Of a DNA stretch of 64,000 bases, positions 30,501 to 39,721 are shown piece after piece. A program made the position numbers and the translations under genes. Below the pieces are notes generated by a model. It saw nothing but the letters and a program-made list of their open reading frames with translations, ran no database searches and was not told where the DNA came from. How positions within the stretch are numbered: the stretch's first letter is position 1; the number at the start of each line of letters is the position of its first letter. This stretch comes from an uncultured Gemmatimonadales bacterium (GTDB taxonomy: Bacteria > Gemmatimonadota > Gemmatimonadetes > Gemmatimonadales > GWC2-71-9), in contig CAVVKJ010000005.1 of assembly GCA_963748815.1 (NCBI GenBank), forward strand, positions 514,577 through 578,576, given 5' to 3'.

Positions 30501-30681
30501 GCACTACACCCTCGCGGTGAACTCATTCGTGGCCGACGGCCAGGACGGCTTCACGGTGCTCCGTGGGCTGCCGCGCACGTCCGGCGCGATGAGCGACATC
30601 GCCCTCATGGAACTCTACCTCCGCCGCCTGCCGCGCCCCGTCCGCCCACCGGAGGATGACCGGTTCATTCCCTCCCGATGA
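27598..30681 (+). CDS. Secreted tandem 2',3'-cyclic-nucleotide phosphodiesterase / 5'-nucleotidase (YfkN-like)
   Basis: Two metallophosphoesterase plus 5'-NT C-terminal modules (TTDVHG/GNHDF/GHSH and INDFHG/GNHDF/GHSH). Confidence 0.9.
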   Translation: MLLPLLLAVASAPAAQDSAHLVVVATTDVHGRATGWDYVNDRPWVGGLVRAARPIDSLRAAYPDQVVLVDAGDLLQGDPFAAYFAQVAPRDPNPIVDVMNQLGYDAATPGNHDFNFGVPALREMLRRASFRVVSANVITEPSGDPMFARQTVLLRQGVRVGITGFTTPGVMIWDRNNVRGQADVRRIGSAAPAEFTRLRQDADFIVTLIHSGMDGGSSYDSLGVGPENVAASLASGATRPDLVVVGHSHRQMRDSVLNGVHFIQPKPYAQTLAVAHVDLVREGGTWRVSRIRGEQIDLAGIEPPPGRFRRVAEAQDEVRIWAATPLAVATAAMPGRDGRVEAVPLTTWINEVQRRQAGTDLASTAVFDPRAGLPAGEVRLADVAGVYPYENTLRGIRITGTQLAAYLEQSGRYYVTDSTGSVATDPTIPGYNFDVVTGAEYELDLSQPIGSRVRGLRVNGRDVVPSETYTLALNSYRQEGGGGFDALRGAPVMYDQNESVRELLVADLRRRGQIDPVQFGVHNWRLTPPTALTSARLLTRPPARDTLQLRILSINDFHGALEPRVYNWSDGRLVGGAAAVDATMDSLAARCNCTTLRLDGGDEMQGTLPSNLTYGRTTIEAFDLMGIQAAAIGNHDFDWSADTLRARMRESDYPWVAANIFDSLTGKRPDWITPWRMVRAGKYQVAVVGFITSETKAIVAPQNIAGLTFGSGYASIKDMVEEARSANPDFLVLLTHSGGRCDSLACAGEVFDMAQSLPPGTVDVIVSGHSHTLIDAERNGVPIVQARSNGTAVGIVDIIRTTDGARKIDVDVQTVWVDEVTPDSAIAALVARSVRTTDSLSKRVITDIALPLPRTGGQYPLGNLIADAFRNVLRADVALVNNGGIRADVAAGPLTFGQLFTLMPFQNEAVTVTVTGAQLRQAVEQGIHDSGPDAHVSGMQVTYDMRRPAGQRVRDIRLADGKKLRDKQHYTLAVNSFVADGQDGFTVLRGLPRTSGAMSDIALMELYLRRLPRPVRPPEDDRFIPSR

Positions 30682-30908
30682 CCGACACGATTCCCGTCTT
30701 CGTCAACGGGCGGCGGGTGCTGCTTCCCCGGGGAGCCACGGCCGCCATGGCGGTGGCGCAGGATGACCCCGCCCGTGCGGCCGCGGCGGCGACGATCACC
30801 GACGCCCGGGGGTTGCCGGTGTCGCCCGACGCCGTGCTCGTGGGCGGGGCCATCCTGCGGGTAGCGGTGAGCGCCCGCCGCGCCGGCGGGGACGATGCTG
30901 AAGCCTGA
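30678..30908 (+). CDS. Small hypothetical protein, possibly beta-grasp (ThiS-like) fold
   Basis: Overlaps both neighbours; VFVNGRRVxLPxGAT pattern. Confidence 0.65.
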   Translation: MTDTIPVFVNGRRVLLPRGATAAMAVAQDDPARAAAAATITDARGLPVSPDAVLVGGAILRVAVSARRAGGDDAEA

Positions 30909-31920
30909 CCTCTTCCGCCGCCTCCCCAAGGCGGAGCTGCACGTGCACCTCGATGGTTCGCTGCGCCCCGCCACCATGGTCGCGCTCGCCGCGACGGCCG
31001 GGATCGACCTCCCGACGAGAGACCCCGAAGCGCTGCGGCGCTACATGCTCGTGGACGACGCCGGCAACCTCGAGGACTACCTCCGCCGCTTCGATATCAC
31101 CATCGCGTTGCTGCAGACACCCGACGCCATCGAGAGAGTCGCCTACGAAATGGTCGAGGATGCGGCGGCCGACAACGTCCGCCTGCTCGAGGTCCGGTAC
31201 TGTCCGGAACTCAGCACGTCGGCGGGGCTCTCCCTGGACGAGGTGATCGCGGCGGAATGGCGAGGGCTCTCGCGCGGCGCACGGGATTTCGGGGTACGGG
31301 TCGGCATCATCAACTGCTCGCTCCGTCACTATGCGCCGGAGGTCTCGTTGCGGATCGCCGAGCGATCGGTGGCGAACCGCGACCACGGGGTGATCGGGTT
31401 CGACCTGGCCGGCGGGGAGTCGGGCCGCCCGCCCGGCGTCCATCGCGCGGCCTTCGACACCGCGCTGGCGGGGGGGCTCGGGATCACGGTGCACGCCGGC
31501 GAGGCCGCCGGCGCCGAGTCGATCGCCGAGGCCATCCGGGTCTGTCACGCCAATCGCCTGGGGCATGGGACGCGGCTCGCGGAGGACCCGGCGCTGCAGG
31601 ACTACGTACGGGACCGGCGCATCCTGATCGAGACCAACCTCACCAGCAACCTGCAGACCCGTGCCGTGCCGCGGATCGCCGACCACCCGGTCCGGCGCTA
31701 CGTCGACGCCGGGCTCAACGTGACGCTCTGCACCGACAGCTGGCTGATGAGCGGGACGTCGTTGTCGCATGAATACTGGCTGGCCCATACCGAGCTTGGC
31801 TTCTCCCGCGAGGAACTCGACCGGATGATCCTCAACGCGTTCGCCTCGTCCTTCCTGCCCTGGCCCGACCGGCAGGCGCTCCTGGCGGTGGTGAGCGCCG
31901 AACTGGAGGCGCTGCGATGA
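30895..31920 (+). CDS. add: Adenosine deaminase
   Basis: PKAELHVHLDGS, GFDLAGGE, TVHAGE, RLGHG, LCTD. Confidence 0.95.
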   Translation: MLKPDLFRRLPKAELHVHLDGSLRPATMVALAATAGIDLPTRDPEALRRYMLVDDAGNLEDYLRRFDITIALLQTPDAIERVAYEMVEDAAADNVRLLEVRYCPELSTSAGLSLDEVIAAEWRGLSRGARDFGVRVGIINCSLRHYAPEVSLRIAERSVANRDHGVIGFDLAGGESGRPPGVHRAAFDTALAGGLGITVHAGEAAGAESIAEAIRVCHANRLGHGTRLAEDPALQDYVRDRRILIETNLTSNLQTRAVPRIADHPVRRYVDAGLNVTLCTDSWLMSGTSLSHEYWLAHTELGFSREELDRMILNAFASSFLPWPDRQALLAVVSAELEALR

Positions 31921-33299
31921 ACACCCTCGCGCTCCTGCAGACGGCCGCCGAGCGGCTCGTGGCGGCGCAGGCGGGGCTCGACACGCCGCTGGCCAGTCGC
32001 CTCGTCGGCCTGCTCGGCATCGCCACGATGATCGGGCTGGCGGTGCTGCTGTCCTACGACCGGAAGAAGATCGACTGGCGGCTGGTCGGGACGGGGCTCG
32101 CGCTGCAGGCGCTGTTCGGGTTCCTCGTCCTCAAGACCGGACCCGGCAAGGCGGTCTTCAATTTTGCCGGCCGGGCGATCACCGGGCTGCTCGGGTTCCA
32201 GGAGCAGGGGGCCCGCTTCGTCTTCGGCAACCTCGTGCAGTCCACCGTGCCGGTGGGCGTGCCCGGGCCCGGTGGCAGCCTCGACACCACGGCGGGGTTC
32301 GTCGCGAACACCGGCGCCTTCTTCGCGTTCAACGTCCTGCCGACGATCATCTTCTTCTCCGCCCTGATGTCGGTGCTCTACTACCTCGGCGTCATGCAGC
32401 TGGTGGTGAAGGGCATCGCCTGGGTGATGCAGAAGACGCTGCGCACCTCCGGGGCGGAAACGCTCTCGGCCGCCGGCAACATCTTCCTCGGGCAGACGGA
32501 AGCGCCGCTGCTCATCAAGCCGTTCGTGAAGACCTTCACCTCCTCCGAACTGAACACCGTCATGGTCGGCGGCTTCGCGACGGTGGCCGGGGGCGTCCTC
32601 GCCGCCTTCGTCGGGATGTTGCAGGGCAGCTTTCCCGGCATCGCCGCGCACCTCCTCGCGGCGAGCGTGATGAACGCCCCCGCCGGGCTCATCCTCTCCA
32701 AGATCATCCGCCCTGAAGTCGGCGAGCCGCTGACGAAGGGCACGCTCAAGATGGACATCGAGCGGACCGAATCCAACGTGATCGACGCCGCGGCCGGCGG
32801 CGCCGCGCAGGGCGTCCAGCTGGCCATCAACGTGGCCGCCATGCTGATGGCGTTCGTCGCCCTGGTCGCTCTGCTCAATTTCGGGTTGCAGTGGTTCGGG
32901 ACCTCGATCCTGCATCTTTCTGGCACGCCGCTGAGCCTGCAGTACCTGCTCGGCCAGCTGCTGCGCCCGCTGACCTGGGTGATGGGCGTGCCCTGGGCCG
33001 ACAGTACTTACGTCGGCGGGCTGATCGGCATCAAGACATCCCTGAACGAGTTCGTCGCGTACGCGCAGTTCTCCAGCGACCTCGGCAGCGGCATCTCGCT
33101 GGCGCCGCGGAGCGCCATCATCACCACCTACGCGCTGCTCGGATTCGCCAACTTCTCATCGATCGCCATCCAGATCGGCGGCATCGGCGGGCTGGCCCCG
33201 GAGCGGCGCGGCGAAATCGCCAAGCTCGGGCTTCGCGCCATGATCGCCGGCAACCTCGCCGCCTTCATGTCCGCCTCGCTCGCCGGGATGCTGGTCTGA
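31917..33299 (+). CDS. nupC: Concentrative nucleoside transporter (CNT/NupC family)
   Basis: LPTIIFFS, NIFLGQTEAPL, NEFVAY, GFANFSSIAIQIGG. Confidence 0.93.
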   Translation: MNTLALLQTAAERLVAAQAGLDTPLASRLVGLLGIATMIGLAVLLSYDRKKIDWRLVGTGLALQALFGFLVLKTGPGKAVFNFAGRAITGLLGFQEQGARFVFGNLVQSTVPVGVPGPGGSLDTTAGFVANTGAFFAFNVLPTIIFFSALMSVLYYLGVMQLVVKGIAWVMQKTLRTSGAETLSAAGNIFLGQTEAPLLIKPFVKTFTSSELNTVMVGGFATVAGGVLAAFVGMLQGSFPGIAAHLLAASVMNAPAGLILSKIIRPEVGEPLTKGTLKMDIERTESNVIDAAAGGAAQGVQLAINVAAMLMAFVALVALLNFGLQWFGTSILHLSGTPLSLQYLLGQLLRPLTWVMGVPWADSTYVGGLIGIKTSLNEFVAYAQFSSDLGSGISLAPRSAIITTYALLGFANFSSIAIQIGGIGGLAPERRGEIAKLGLRAMIAGNLAAFMSASLAGMLV

Positions 33300-34111
33300 T
33301 GGCAGCGTCTCTGGCCAGCACCGTGTCGGCCGTGCAGAGCCGGCTGGCTGGCCGCGCGCCCGAAGTCGCCATCGTCCTGGGCTCCGGGCTCGGGGGCCTG
33401 GCCGATCGGCTGGCCGACGCCGTGCGGATTCCTTACGGCAAAATTCCCGGCTTCCATGTGCCGACGGTCCAGGGCCACTCGGGAGAATTGGTGGTGGGGA
33501 CGCTGGCCGGCCGCCCGGTGATTGCGCAGAGTGGGCGGTTTCATCTCTACGAGGGGCACTCGGCCGAGGTGGCGGCCCTGCCGGCGCGCCTCTTCGCCGA
33601 ACTGGGTGTCGCGACCTTCGTGGTCACGAACGCGGCCGGGGGGGTGCGGGCCACCTTCCGACCGGGGACCCTCATGCTCATTACCGACCACCTGAATCTG
33701 ACCGGTCAGAACCCATTGACCGGCCCCGTCATGGCAGGAGAGCAGCGATTTCCCGACATGTCCGCCGCCTACGATCCGGCGCTCCGGGCGCTCGCCCTGA
33801 GCGTGGCGGCGGAACAGGGAACGCCACTCGAGCAGGGGGTCTACGCCGCGCTCTCCGGCCCGAGCTACGAGACCCCGGCCGAAATCCGGATGCTGCGGGC
33901 CCTGGGCGCCGATGCCGTGGGGATGAGCACGGTGCCGGAGGTGATCGTGGCCAACGCGCGGGGGATGCGGTGCCTGGGGATTTCCACCGTGACCAACGCC
34001 GCGGCGGGGGTGTCAGACGCCAAGCTCAGTCACGCCGAGGTCATGGAGACGGCCGCACGGGTCGGACAACGCCTGGGCGACCTGATCGAAGGAATCGTAG
34101 CGCGGATTTAG
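33299..34111 (+). CDS. Purine-nucleoside phosphorylase (trimeric type)
   Basis: IVLGSGLG, GRFHLYEG, TNAAGG, GPSYETPAE, VGMSTVPE. Confidence 0.95.
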   Translation: MAASLASTVSAVQSRLAGRAPEVAIVLGSGLGGLADRLADAVRIPYGKIPGFHVPTVQGHSGELVVGTLAGRPVIAQSGRFHLYEGHSAEVAALPARLFAELGVATFVVTNAAGGVRATFRPGTLMLITDHLNLTGQNPLTGPVMAGEQRFPDMSAAYDPALRALALSVAAEQGTPLEQGVYAALSGPSYETPAEIRMLRALGADAVGMSTVPEVIVANARGMRCLGISTVTNAAAGVSDAKLSHAEVMETAARVGQRLGDLIEGIVARI

Positions 34112-34884
34112 ACGCCGTGCTGTAGCGGACCGTGCCCGCCGCCGAGTCCCGGTGCGGCCCGCAGCGCGCGCTGCACGAAGTCGACGGCGTTGGACACCGC
34201 CGTTTCCAGTGGATGGCCGAGCGCCAGGCCGGCGGTGATGGCTGCGGAGAGCGTGCAGCCCGTGCCATGGGTCGAGGTGGTCGGGACGCGCGGGTGTTCG
34301 AAGCGGCGGATGCCCTCCGGCGTGACCAGGAGGTCCACCAGCCGCTCGCCCGGGAGGTGGCCGCCCTTGACCAGCGCCGCTTTTGCGCCGAGGCCGAGGA
34401 TGCGCCGGCCGGCGCGCTCCATCGAGGGGAGATCCGTCACCTCCATCTCGGCGAGGATCGTGGCCTCCTCGATGTTCGGCGTCACGACCGCGGCCAGGGG
34501 AAGCAGGACGTCCCGGATGACCGCTTCGGCGTCCGCGTCGAGCAACCGGTCCCCCGACGTGGCGACGATGACCGGATCGACGACGACTCTGGACCAGCCG
34601 TAGCCGCGGATCGCGTCCGCCACCTGCCGGACCAGTGCCGGGCTCGCGAGCATCCCCGTCTTCAACGCGGCCGGCGGGAGGTCTTCCGCGAGGGCGGCCA
34701 GCTGGTCGCGCACCATCTCGGCGGGCACGGCGTGCACCGATCGCACCCCGCGGGTATTCTGCGCGGTAAGGGCGACGACGACCGAGGTGCCGTAGACGCC
34801 GAATTGGTGGAAGGTCTTGAGGTCGGCCTGGATGCCGGCTCCGCCGCCCGAGTCGGAGCCGGCGATGGTCAACGCGATCTGCAT
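34108..34884 (-). CDS. thiD: Hydroxymethylpyrimidine/phosphomethylpyrimidine kinase
   Basis: [36 protein letters not shown]. Confidence 0.95.
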   Translation of the reverse strand: MQIALTIAGSDSGGGAGIQADLKTFHQFGVYGTSVVVALTAQNTRGVRSVHAVPAEMVRDQLAALAEDLPPAALKTGMLASPALVRQVADAIRGYGWSRVVVDPVIVATSGDRLLDADAEAVIRDVLLPLAAVVTPNIEEATILAEMEVTDLPSMERAGRRILGLGAKAALVKGGHLPGERLVDLLVTPEGIRRFEHPRVPTTSTHGTGCTLSAAITAGLALGHPLETAVSNAVDFVQRALRAAPGLGGGHGPLQHGV

Positions 34885-34908
34885 CATCATCCCGTCAGGA
34901 GGGTGGCC

Positions 34909-35676
34909 GTGGCCGGTGTCGAGACCTTGATCCGCGACTTGCGCCTGCGGCGCGGCCGTGAGCGGCGCGGGCTGGCGCTGGCCGAAGGCGTCCGGCTCGT
35001 GGAGGAGGCGCTGGACGCGCGCATCGCGATCCGGCACGCCGCGGTCTCGCCTACGCTGGAAGCTACTCCGCGGGGCGCAGCCCTCAAAACCGCGCTCGGC
35101 GCGGCGGGGGTTCCGCTGACGGAGATGGACGACCGGGCGCTTGCGGGACTCGCCGACACGGAACACCCGCAGGGGGTGATCGCCGTGTTCGAGCCGCCCG
35201 CGTGGACCCTCGACAAGCTGACGCCGAGGGCGGGCGAGATCGTGGTCGTGCTGGACGGGGTGCAGGATCCGGGCAACGTCGGGGCCATCGCGCGGACCGC
35301 CCTCGGGCTCGGCGCCAGCGGGATGATCGCGCTCAAGGGCACGGCGGAACTCACCAACCCGAAGGTGGTGCGCGGGTCGATGGGCGCCCTGTTTCGGTTT
35401 CCCGCCGTCTCGGCCACCGACGCCGAGTGCCTGGCCTGGGCCGATCGCGTCGGCGCGGTGCTCTGGGTGACCGACAGCACCGGGGAACGCCCTGGCGGGC
35501 AGGCGCTGACGGCGCCCGTGGCGCTGGTCCTCGGGAACGAGGGCGCCGGGATTCGTCCGGACATCGAGAAGGCGGCGAGTCGCCGTCTGGCCATTCCCTT
35601 GGCGGCGGGCGTCGAATCCCTTAACGTGGCGGTGGCGGCGGGAATCCTCCTGTACGAGGTGCGGCGTGACGCTTGA
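34909..35676 (+). CDS. TrmH/SpoU-family RNA methyltransferase
   Basis: [32 protein letters not shown] precedes the GTG. Confidence 0.92.
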   Translation: MAGVETLIRDLRLRRGRERRGLALAEGVRLVEEALDARIAIRHAAVSPTLEATPRGAALKTALGAAGVPLTEMDDRALAGLADTEHPQGVIAVFEPPAWTLDKLTPRAGEIVVVLDGVQDPGNVGAIARTALGLGASGMIALKGTAELTNPKVVRGSMGALFRFPAVSATDAECLAWADRVGAVLWVTDSTGERPGGQALTAPVALVLGNEGAGIRPDIEKAASRRLAIPLAAGVESLNVAVAAGILLYEVRRDA

Positions 35677-36436
35677 ATGTCTGGTGACGATCATCGCCGG
35701 GATCTTCGGCCTCATGGTCGGGAGCTTCCTGAACGTCTGCATCACCCGCTGGCCGGCGGAGTTGTCGGTCATCCGCCCCCGCTCGCGTTGCCCCCGCTGC
35801 GAAAAGCAGATCGCATGGTACGACAACATGCCCGTGCTGTCGTGGCTGCTCCTCCGCGGGAAGTGCCGGGGCTGCGCGCTGCCGATTTCGCCGATGTACC
35901 CCGCGGTCGAGCTACTGACCGGAGCCATCTGGGCCGGCATGGCCTGGGCCTATCCGCTGGAGCTCGAGGGGCTGCGTGGCGCCTTCTTCTTCACCATCCT
36001 CCTCGGCATCACGTTCACCGACGCCCGGGAGCAGATCATCCCCGACGAGTTCAGCCTCGGCGGCGTGGCGGTCGGCATCCTGTTCAGCTTGGCGGGGGGC
36101 CTCTCGACTCTCCTCCCGGCGCTGGTGGGTGCCGCGACCGGATTCGCCGTGCTGTGGATCGTCGGCGCGGTCGGCGGGCTGATCCTGAAGAAGGAAGCCA
36201 TGGGAGGCGGGGACGTGAAGATGATGGCGATGGTCGGCGCCTTCGTGGGCTGGCAGGGAGTGCTCCTGACGATCTTCCTCGGGGCCCTCGTCGGAACGAT
36301 CATCTACCTGCCGCGCAGCCTGATGGGGAGCAGGAAGGAAATTCCCTTCGGCGTCTTCCTCGCGCTTGGGGCGGCAACGACCTGGATCGCGGGCCCCGCC
36401 ATCGTCGCATGGTACACCGCCTACATCGGGCTGTAA
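35666..36436 (+). CDS. pilD: Prepilin peptidase (A24)
   Basis: GSFLNV, two CxxC motifs, IIPD, MGGGDVK, IPFG. Confidence 0.93.
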   Translation: MTLECLVTIIAGIFGLMVGSFLNVCITRWPAELSVIRPRSRCPRCEKQIAWYDNMPVLSWLLLRGKCRGCALPISPMYPAVELLTGAIWAGMAWAYPLELEGLRGAFFFTILLGITFTDAREQIIPDEFSLGGVAVGILFSLAGGLSTLLPALVGAATGFAVLWIVGAVGGLILKKEAMGGGDVKMMAMVGAFVGWQGVLLTIFLGALVGTIIYLPRSLMGSRKEIPFGVFLALGAATTWIAGPAIVAWYTAYIGL

Positions 36437-37611
36437 CCGGGTCCCTCCTTGCGGCGGCGCTATTCGCCTGCCGCGGGGAGGCGCCCGGCGCGCCGGGAGA
36501 CGCGGTCGGTCGGCTGGTCGACAGTTTGGCCCCCGCCGTCGAGCAGACGGTCGGGCTCCCCTTCAAGGCCCCGCCAAGGTACGCGGTCCGGTCGCGCGAT
36601 CAGGTCGCGGCCTATCTCTCGACCAAGCTCAACGAAGAACTCCCCCCCGAACGCCTGACCGCGATGCACGACGTCTACCGGCTCCTCGGCCAGGTGCCGG
36701 ACAGCCTCGACATCCGCGCGCTCCTGACCGCGCTGTACGAGGAGCAGGTGGCCGGCTTCTTCGACCCCGATTCCGGGACGCTGTTCGTGTTCGAAGGGAG
36801 TGACGTCAAGTCGGCGCAGTTCAAGTTTGTCCTCGCCCACGAACTGGTCCATGCCCTCCAGTACGACTACCTCGCGCTCGATTCGATCATGCACCAGCGC
36901 CGCGACTCGGACCGGCTGGCCGCGGCCCAGGCGATGCTCGAGGGACAGGCGACGCTGGCGTCGATGAAGATGATGGCGCCCGGCCAGGACCTCCTGGGCG
37001 ATGACGCGCTCTGGGAGACGTTTCGGGAACAGCTCGTCTCCGCGCGGGGCTCGATGAAGGTCTTTGCGGAGACGCCGCGGGTGTTGCAGGAGGGGCTGAT
37101 CTTTCCGTACCTGGAAGGCGCGGCATTCGTCCGATGGTTCGAGCGCAATGGTGGAGAGGCCGGCCAGCCGTACGGGGCCGCCATCCCCCTGTCCACCGAA
37201 CAGGTGCTGCACCCGGCGCGTTATGCCCGGCGCGACTTGCCGGTGGAGGTGCCGCTCGACACGGTCGGCGCCGGGCCCGGCGAGACCGACGTGATGGGAG
37301 AAATGGGGATCGCGGTTCTCTCGGCCGACCTCTCGGGGGCCGACGTCGTCAGCACCACCGTCCCGATCGGCTGGGCAGGGGATCGCTACCGGCTCTATCG
37401 GACCGCGGAGGGGCCGGCGCTTGTCTGGCTGATTGCCTGGGACGACCAGCGTGCCGCGGACCGCTTCCTGGCCGGAGCCGGTGCACGGCTCCGGGCCCGC
37501 GAGCGGCCGGGGTACCGCACCACCGTCGATGCCGTGGAGGTTGCCGGGCATCCCGGCACGCGGGTGGTCATCGCGCCGCGTGCGTGGACCGGCTGGAATA
37601 CGCTCCCCTAG
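36409..37611 (+). CDS. Putative lipoprotein with zinc-metalloprotease HExxH motif
   Basis: MVHRLHRAVTGSLLAAALFAC lipoprotein signal; LAHELVHALQ, EGQA, PLSTEQVLHP. Confidence 0.75.
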   Translation: MVHRLHRAVTGSLLAAALFACRGEAPGAPGDAVGRLVDSLAPAVEQTVGLPFKAPPRYAVRSRDQVAAYLSTKLNEELPPERLTAMHDVYRLLGQVPDSLDIRALLTALYEEQVAGFFDPDSGTLFVFEGSDVKSAQFKFVLAHELVHALQYDYLALDSIMHQRRDSDRLAAAQAMLEGQATLASMKMMAPGQDLLGDDALWETFREQLVSARGSMKVFAETPRVLQEGLIFPYLEGAAFVRWFERNGGEAGQPYGAAIPLSTEQVLHPARYARRDLPVEVPLDTVGAGPGETDVMGEMGIAVLSADLSGADVVSTTVPIGWAGDRYRLYRTAEGPALVWLIAWDDQRAADRFLAGAGARLRARERPGYRTTVDAVEVAGHPGTRVVIAPRAWTGWNTLP

Positions 37612-37865
37612 TTGAGCCGCAGCCGGGCCCCGGCGCGCTGCCGCTCGCGCTCCACATCTGCCAGTGCGCGCGATGACATCGCCGCGATTTCCATCACCCG
37701 CGCCAGGAAGGCGAGTCCGAGCGTGAGCTCCTCGTCGCTGAGTCGACGGGCCGCGGCGGTCGCGTGCCTCGGCCCCCGTCCCACCGCCTCGGCCAGTCCG
37801 TCCGCCACCTGTGCCGCCTTCTCAATGTCTGCTTCCAGTTCCCTCGGCTCCGGCATCAATCCCAT
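37608..37865 (-). CDS. Small helical hypothetical protein
   Basis: GGAGG upstream, typical codon usage, amphipathic helices. Confidence 0.55.
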   Translation of the reverse strand: MGLMPEPRELEADIEKAAQVADGLAEAVGRGPRHATAAARRLSDEELTLGLAFLARVMEIAAMSSRALADVERERQRAGARLRLN

Positions 37866-37974
37866 GCCCCCTCCGGCGTGATGAGTCGGGCGGCACCGTG
37901 CCCCCGCTGCACCACGGTAGGGGGGTGGAGCCATCCGCCATCATCATCCTGACGCACCGCGTGGCCTGACGCGA

Positions 37975-39537
37975 CTAGCGGAGCGCCTGGTTGAGTCCGA
38001 AGGCGATCAACCCCACCACCGCACCCAGGACGTAGCCGAGCCGGACGATGAGGGTGAGCTCGCGCTGCGTGACGTTGCGGATGATCTCCTCCATCCGCTG
38101 CGTCGAGAACCCGAGCACCTTCTGCTCCACCATTTCCTGCACCTTGAACTGGGCGACAACACCCGGGACCTGCCGCTCCGTCCAGCTCCACGCGGCGTTG
38201 AGGATTTCGGTGCGCACCCGCTGGGTCGCCTCCGCGCCGAGCCACGCGGAGGGCCGGCCGATGGGGCGCCGCAGGAGGGCGCGAATCGCCCCGCGTCCCG
38301 TGTCCGCCACCCACCTGCGGCCCTCCGTCCCCCCTGCTGCCTCGGCGACGAACCGGGCAATCCGCGCCGGCGGGACCGCGCCGAGGAGGTCGTTCCACGT
38401 TCGCCGTTCGGTGGCGTCGAGCAGCCGGCCGACTGCCCGGCGGGCCACCGTTTGCGTCGCGTCGTCGCGCGCCACCTTCACCAGCCAGTCGCCGAGGGTG
38501 CCGGCAAGGGCCGCCTGCTTCTCGGCGCCCATTCCCGCCAGCCGATCCCGGAGCGGAATCCGCAGGAAGCTCACCAGCCCGTCGTTCACCGCCCGCGTCA
38601 GTTGGCCCCGCATTTCCGGGGTCGCAAGTGTTTCGGCGAACCGCTCGAACCCCTCGCGCTCGAGGCCGTCCAACAGCCGCGTGAACGTCTGGTCGGTCAC
38701 GACAAGCTTCGCGAGCAGGCGCTCGTGCAGCAGCAGGTCGCGCACGGCGCGGTCGAACGCTGTCCGAAGCGCCTGGTGGATCTTTCCCTTCGAGTCGGGG
38801 TCGCCGAGCACCGCCCCGATCCGCTCGATGGCCACCGGCAGGTAGTCGCTGATCGAAGCCTCGACGGTGCCGACCAGGCCGGGGGGGAGACGGTCGATCA
38901 GCGGCTGGTCGTCACGACCCAGCCGCTCCAGCTGCACTTCCACGAAGTGTCGCAGGGCTCCCTCGAGGTCGGCCCCCTCGGTGAACTGTCGCAGCCAGCC
39001 GTCCACCCGTTCCTCGAACGCGCCGCGCCGGTCTGCGGTGAGGAGTTCCCCGATCGGTCGATCGCCGTATTCCGCCTGCCACTGCTTCACCCAATGCTCG
39101 GCCTGGGACTCAAACGCCGGCGAGGCCATGTACGCCGCCAGGTCGTCCGCGACGCGCTCGCCGATCTGGTCGATCCAGCGGTCCAGGTCGGCGATCATGG
39201 CGGGGGGAATCAGGTCGATCAGCGGGCCCCGCTCCTGTTCCAGCATTTCATCGAGAAATCCGCTCAGGGCTCCATCGAAGGCCGCCCGTACCTCGGGGGC
39301 CGAGAGCCGCTGCGACAGGTCGGCCGGGGTCAGAAGTTTCTCCCCCACGGTCTTGCCGATGCTCTTGGCCAGCCTCGCCTTGTTCTTGGGTATTGCGCCG
39401 TGCAGGCGCAGCGGCCACCGTCCGCGCTGCTCATAGGGGTGGAACAGCATCCAGATGGCGACCGCGTTGGTCAGGCCGCCGGAAATGGCGCCCACGGCCA
39501 CCGTGAGGAGGCCCGCCAGGAGTGATTGAGAGTCCAT
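37975..39537 (-). CDS. DUF445 family membrane-anchored protein
   Basis: GGLTNAVAIWMLFHP...GAIPK N-terminus; EL..IVRLGYVLGAVVG C-terminus. Confidence 0.85.
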   Translation of the reverse strand: MDSQSLLAGLLTVAVGAISGGLTNAVAIWMLFHPYEQRGRWPLRLHGAIPKNKARLAKSIGKTVGEKLLTPADLSQRLSAPEVRAAFDGALSGFLDEMLEQERGPLIDLIPPAMIADLDRWIDQIGERVADDLAAYMASPAFESQAEHWVKQWQAEYGDRPIGELLTADRRGAFEERVDGWLRQFTEGADLEGALRHFVEVQLERLGRDDQPLIDRLPPGLVGTVEASISDYLPVAIERIGAVLGDPDSKGKIHQALRTAFDRAVRDLLLHERLLAKLVVTDQTFTRLLDGLEREGFERFAETLATPEMRGQLTRAVNDGLVSFLRIPLRDRLAGMGAEKQAALAGTLGDWLVKVARDDATQTVARRAVGRLLDATERRTWNDLLGAVPPARIARFVAEAAGGTEGRRWVADTGRGAIRALLRRPIGRPSAWLGAEATQRVRTEILNAAWSWTERQVPGVVAQFKVQEMVEQKVLGFSTQRMEEIIRNVTQRELTLIVRLGYVLGAVVGLIAFGLNQALR

Positions 39538-39721
39538 GCCGGAGTATAGGGGGGCCGGCGGTCCCTCCGGCAGGGTTCCCGGAGGGTGGATTTCGGCTCC
39601 AGAATTGCAGATAAAGGGCCTCCTAGCCCCCTCACCCCCTGCATGATCGGGGGCCGAGGCGGGTTCAGCACGCGGTTTCCCAGAGCAGAGGTCCCCTGAT
39701 GCAGGGTTTCTGGCCGGCCCG

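Noticed and set aside
34885..34908. Very short divergent spacer between thiD and the trmH-like gene
   Set aside because: Promoters can lie within the opposing CDS; nothing further is supportable from sequence
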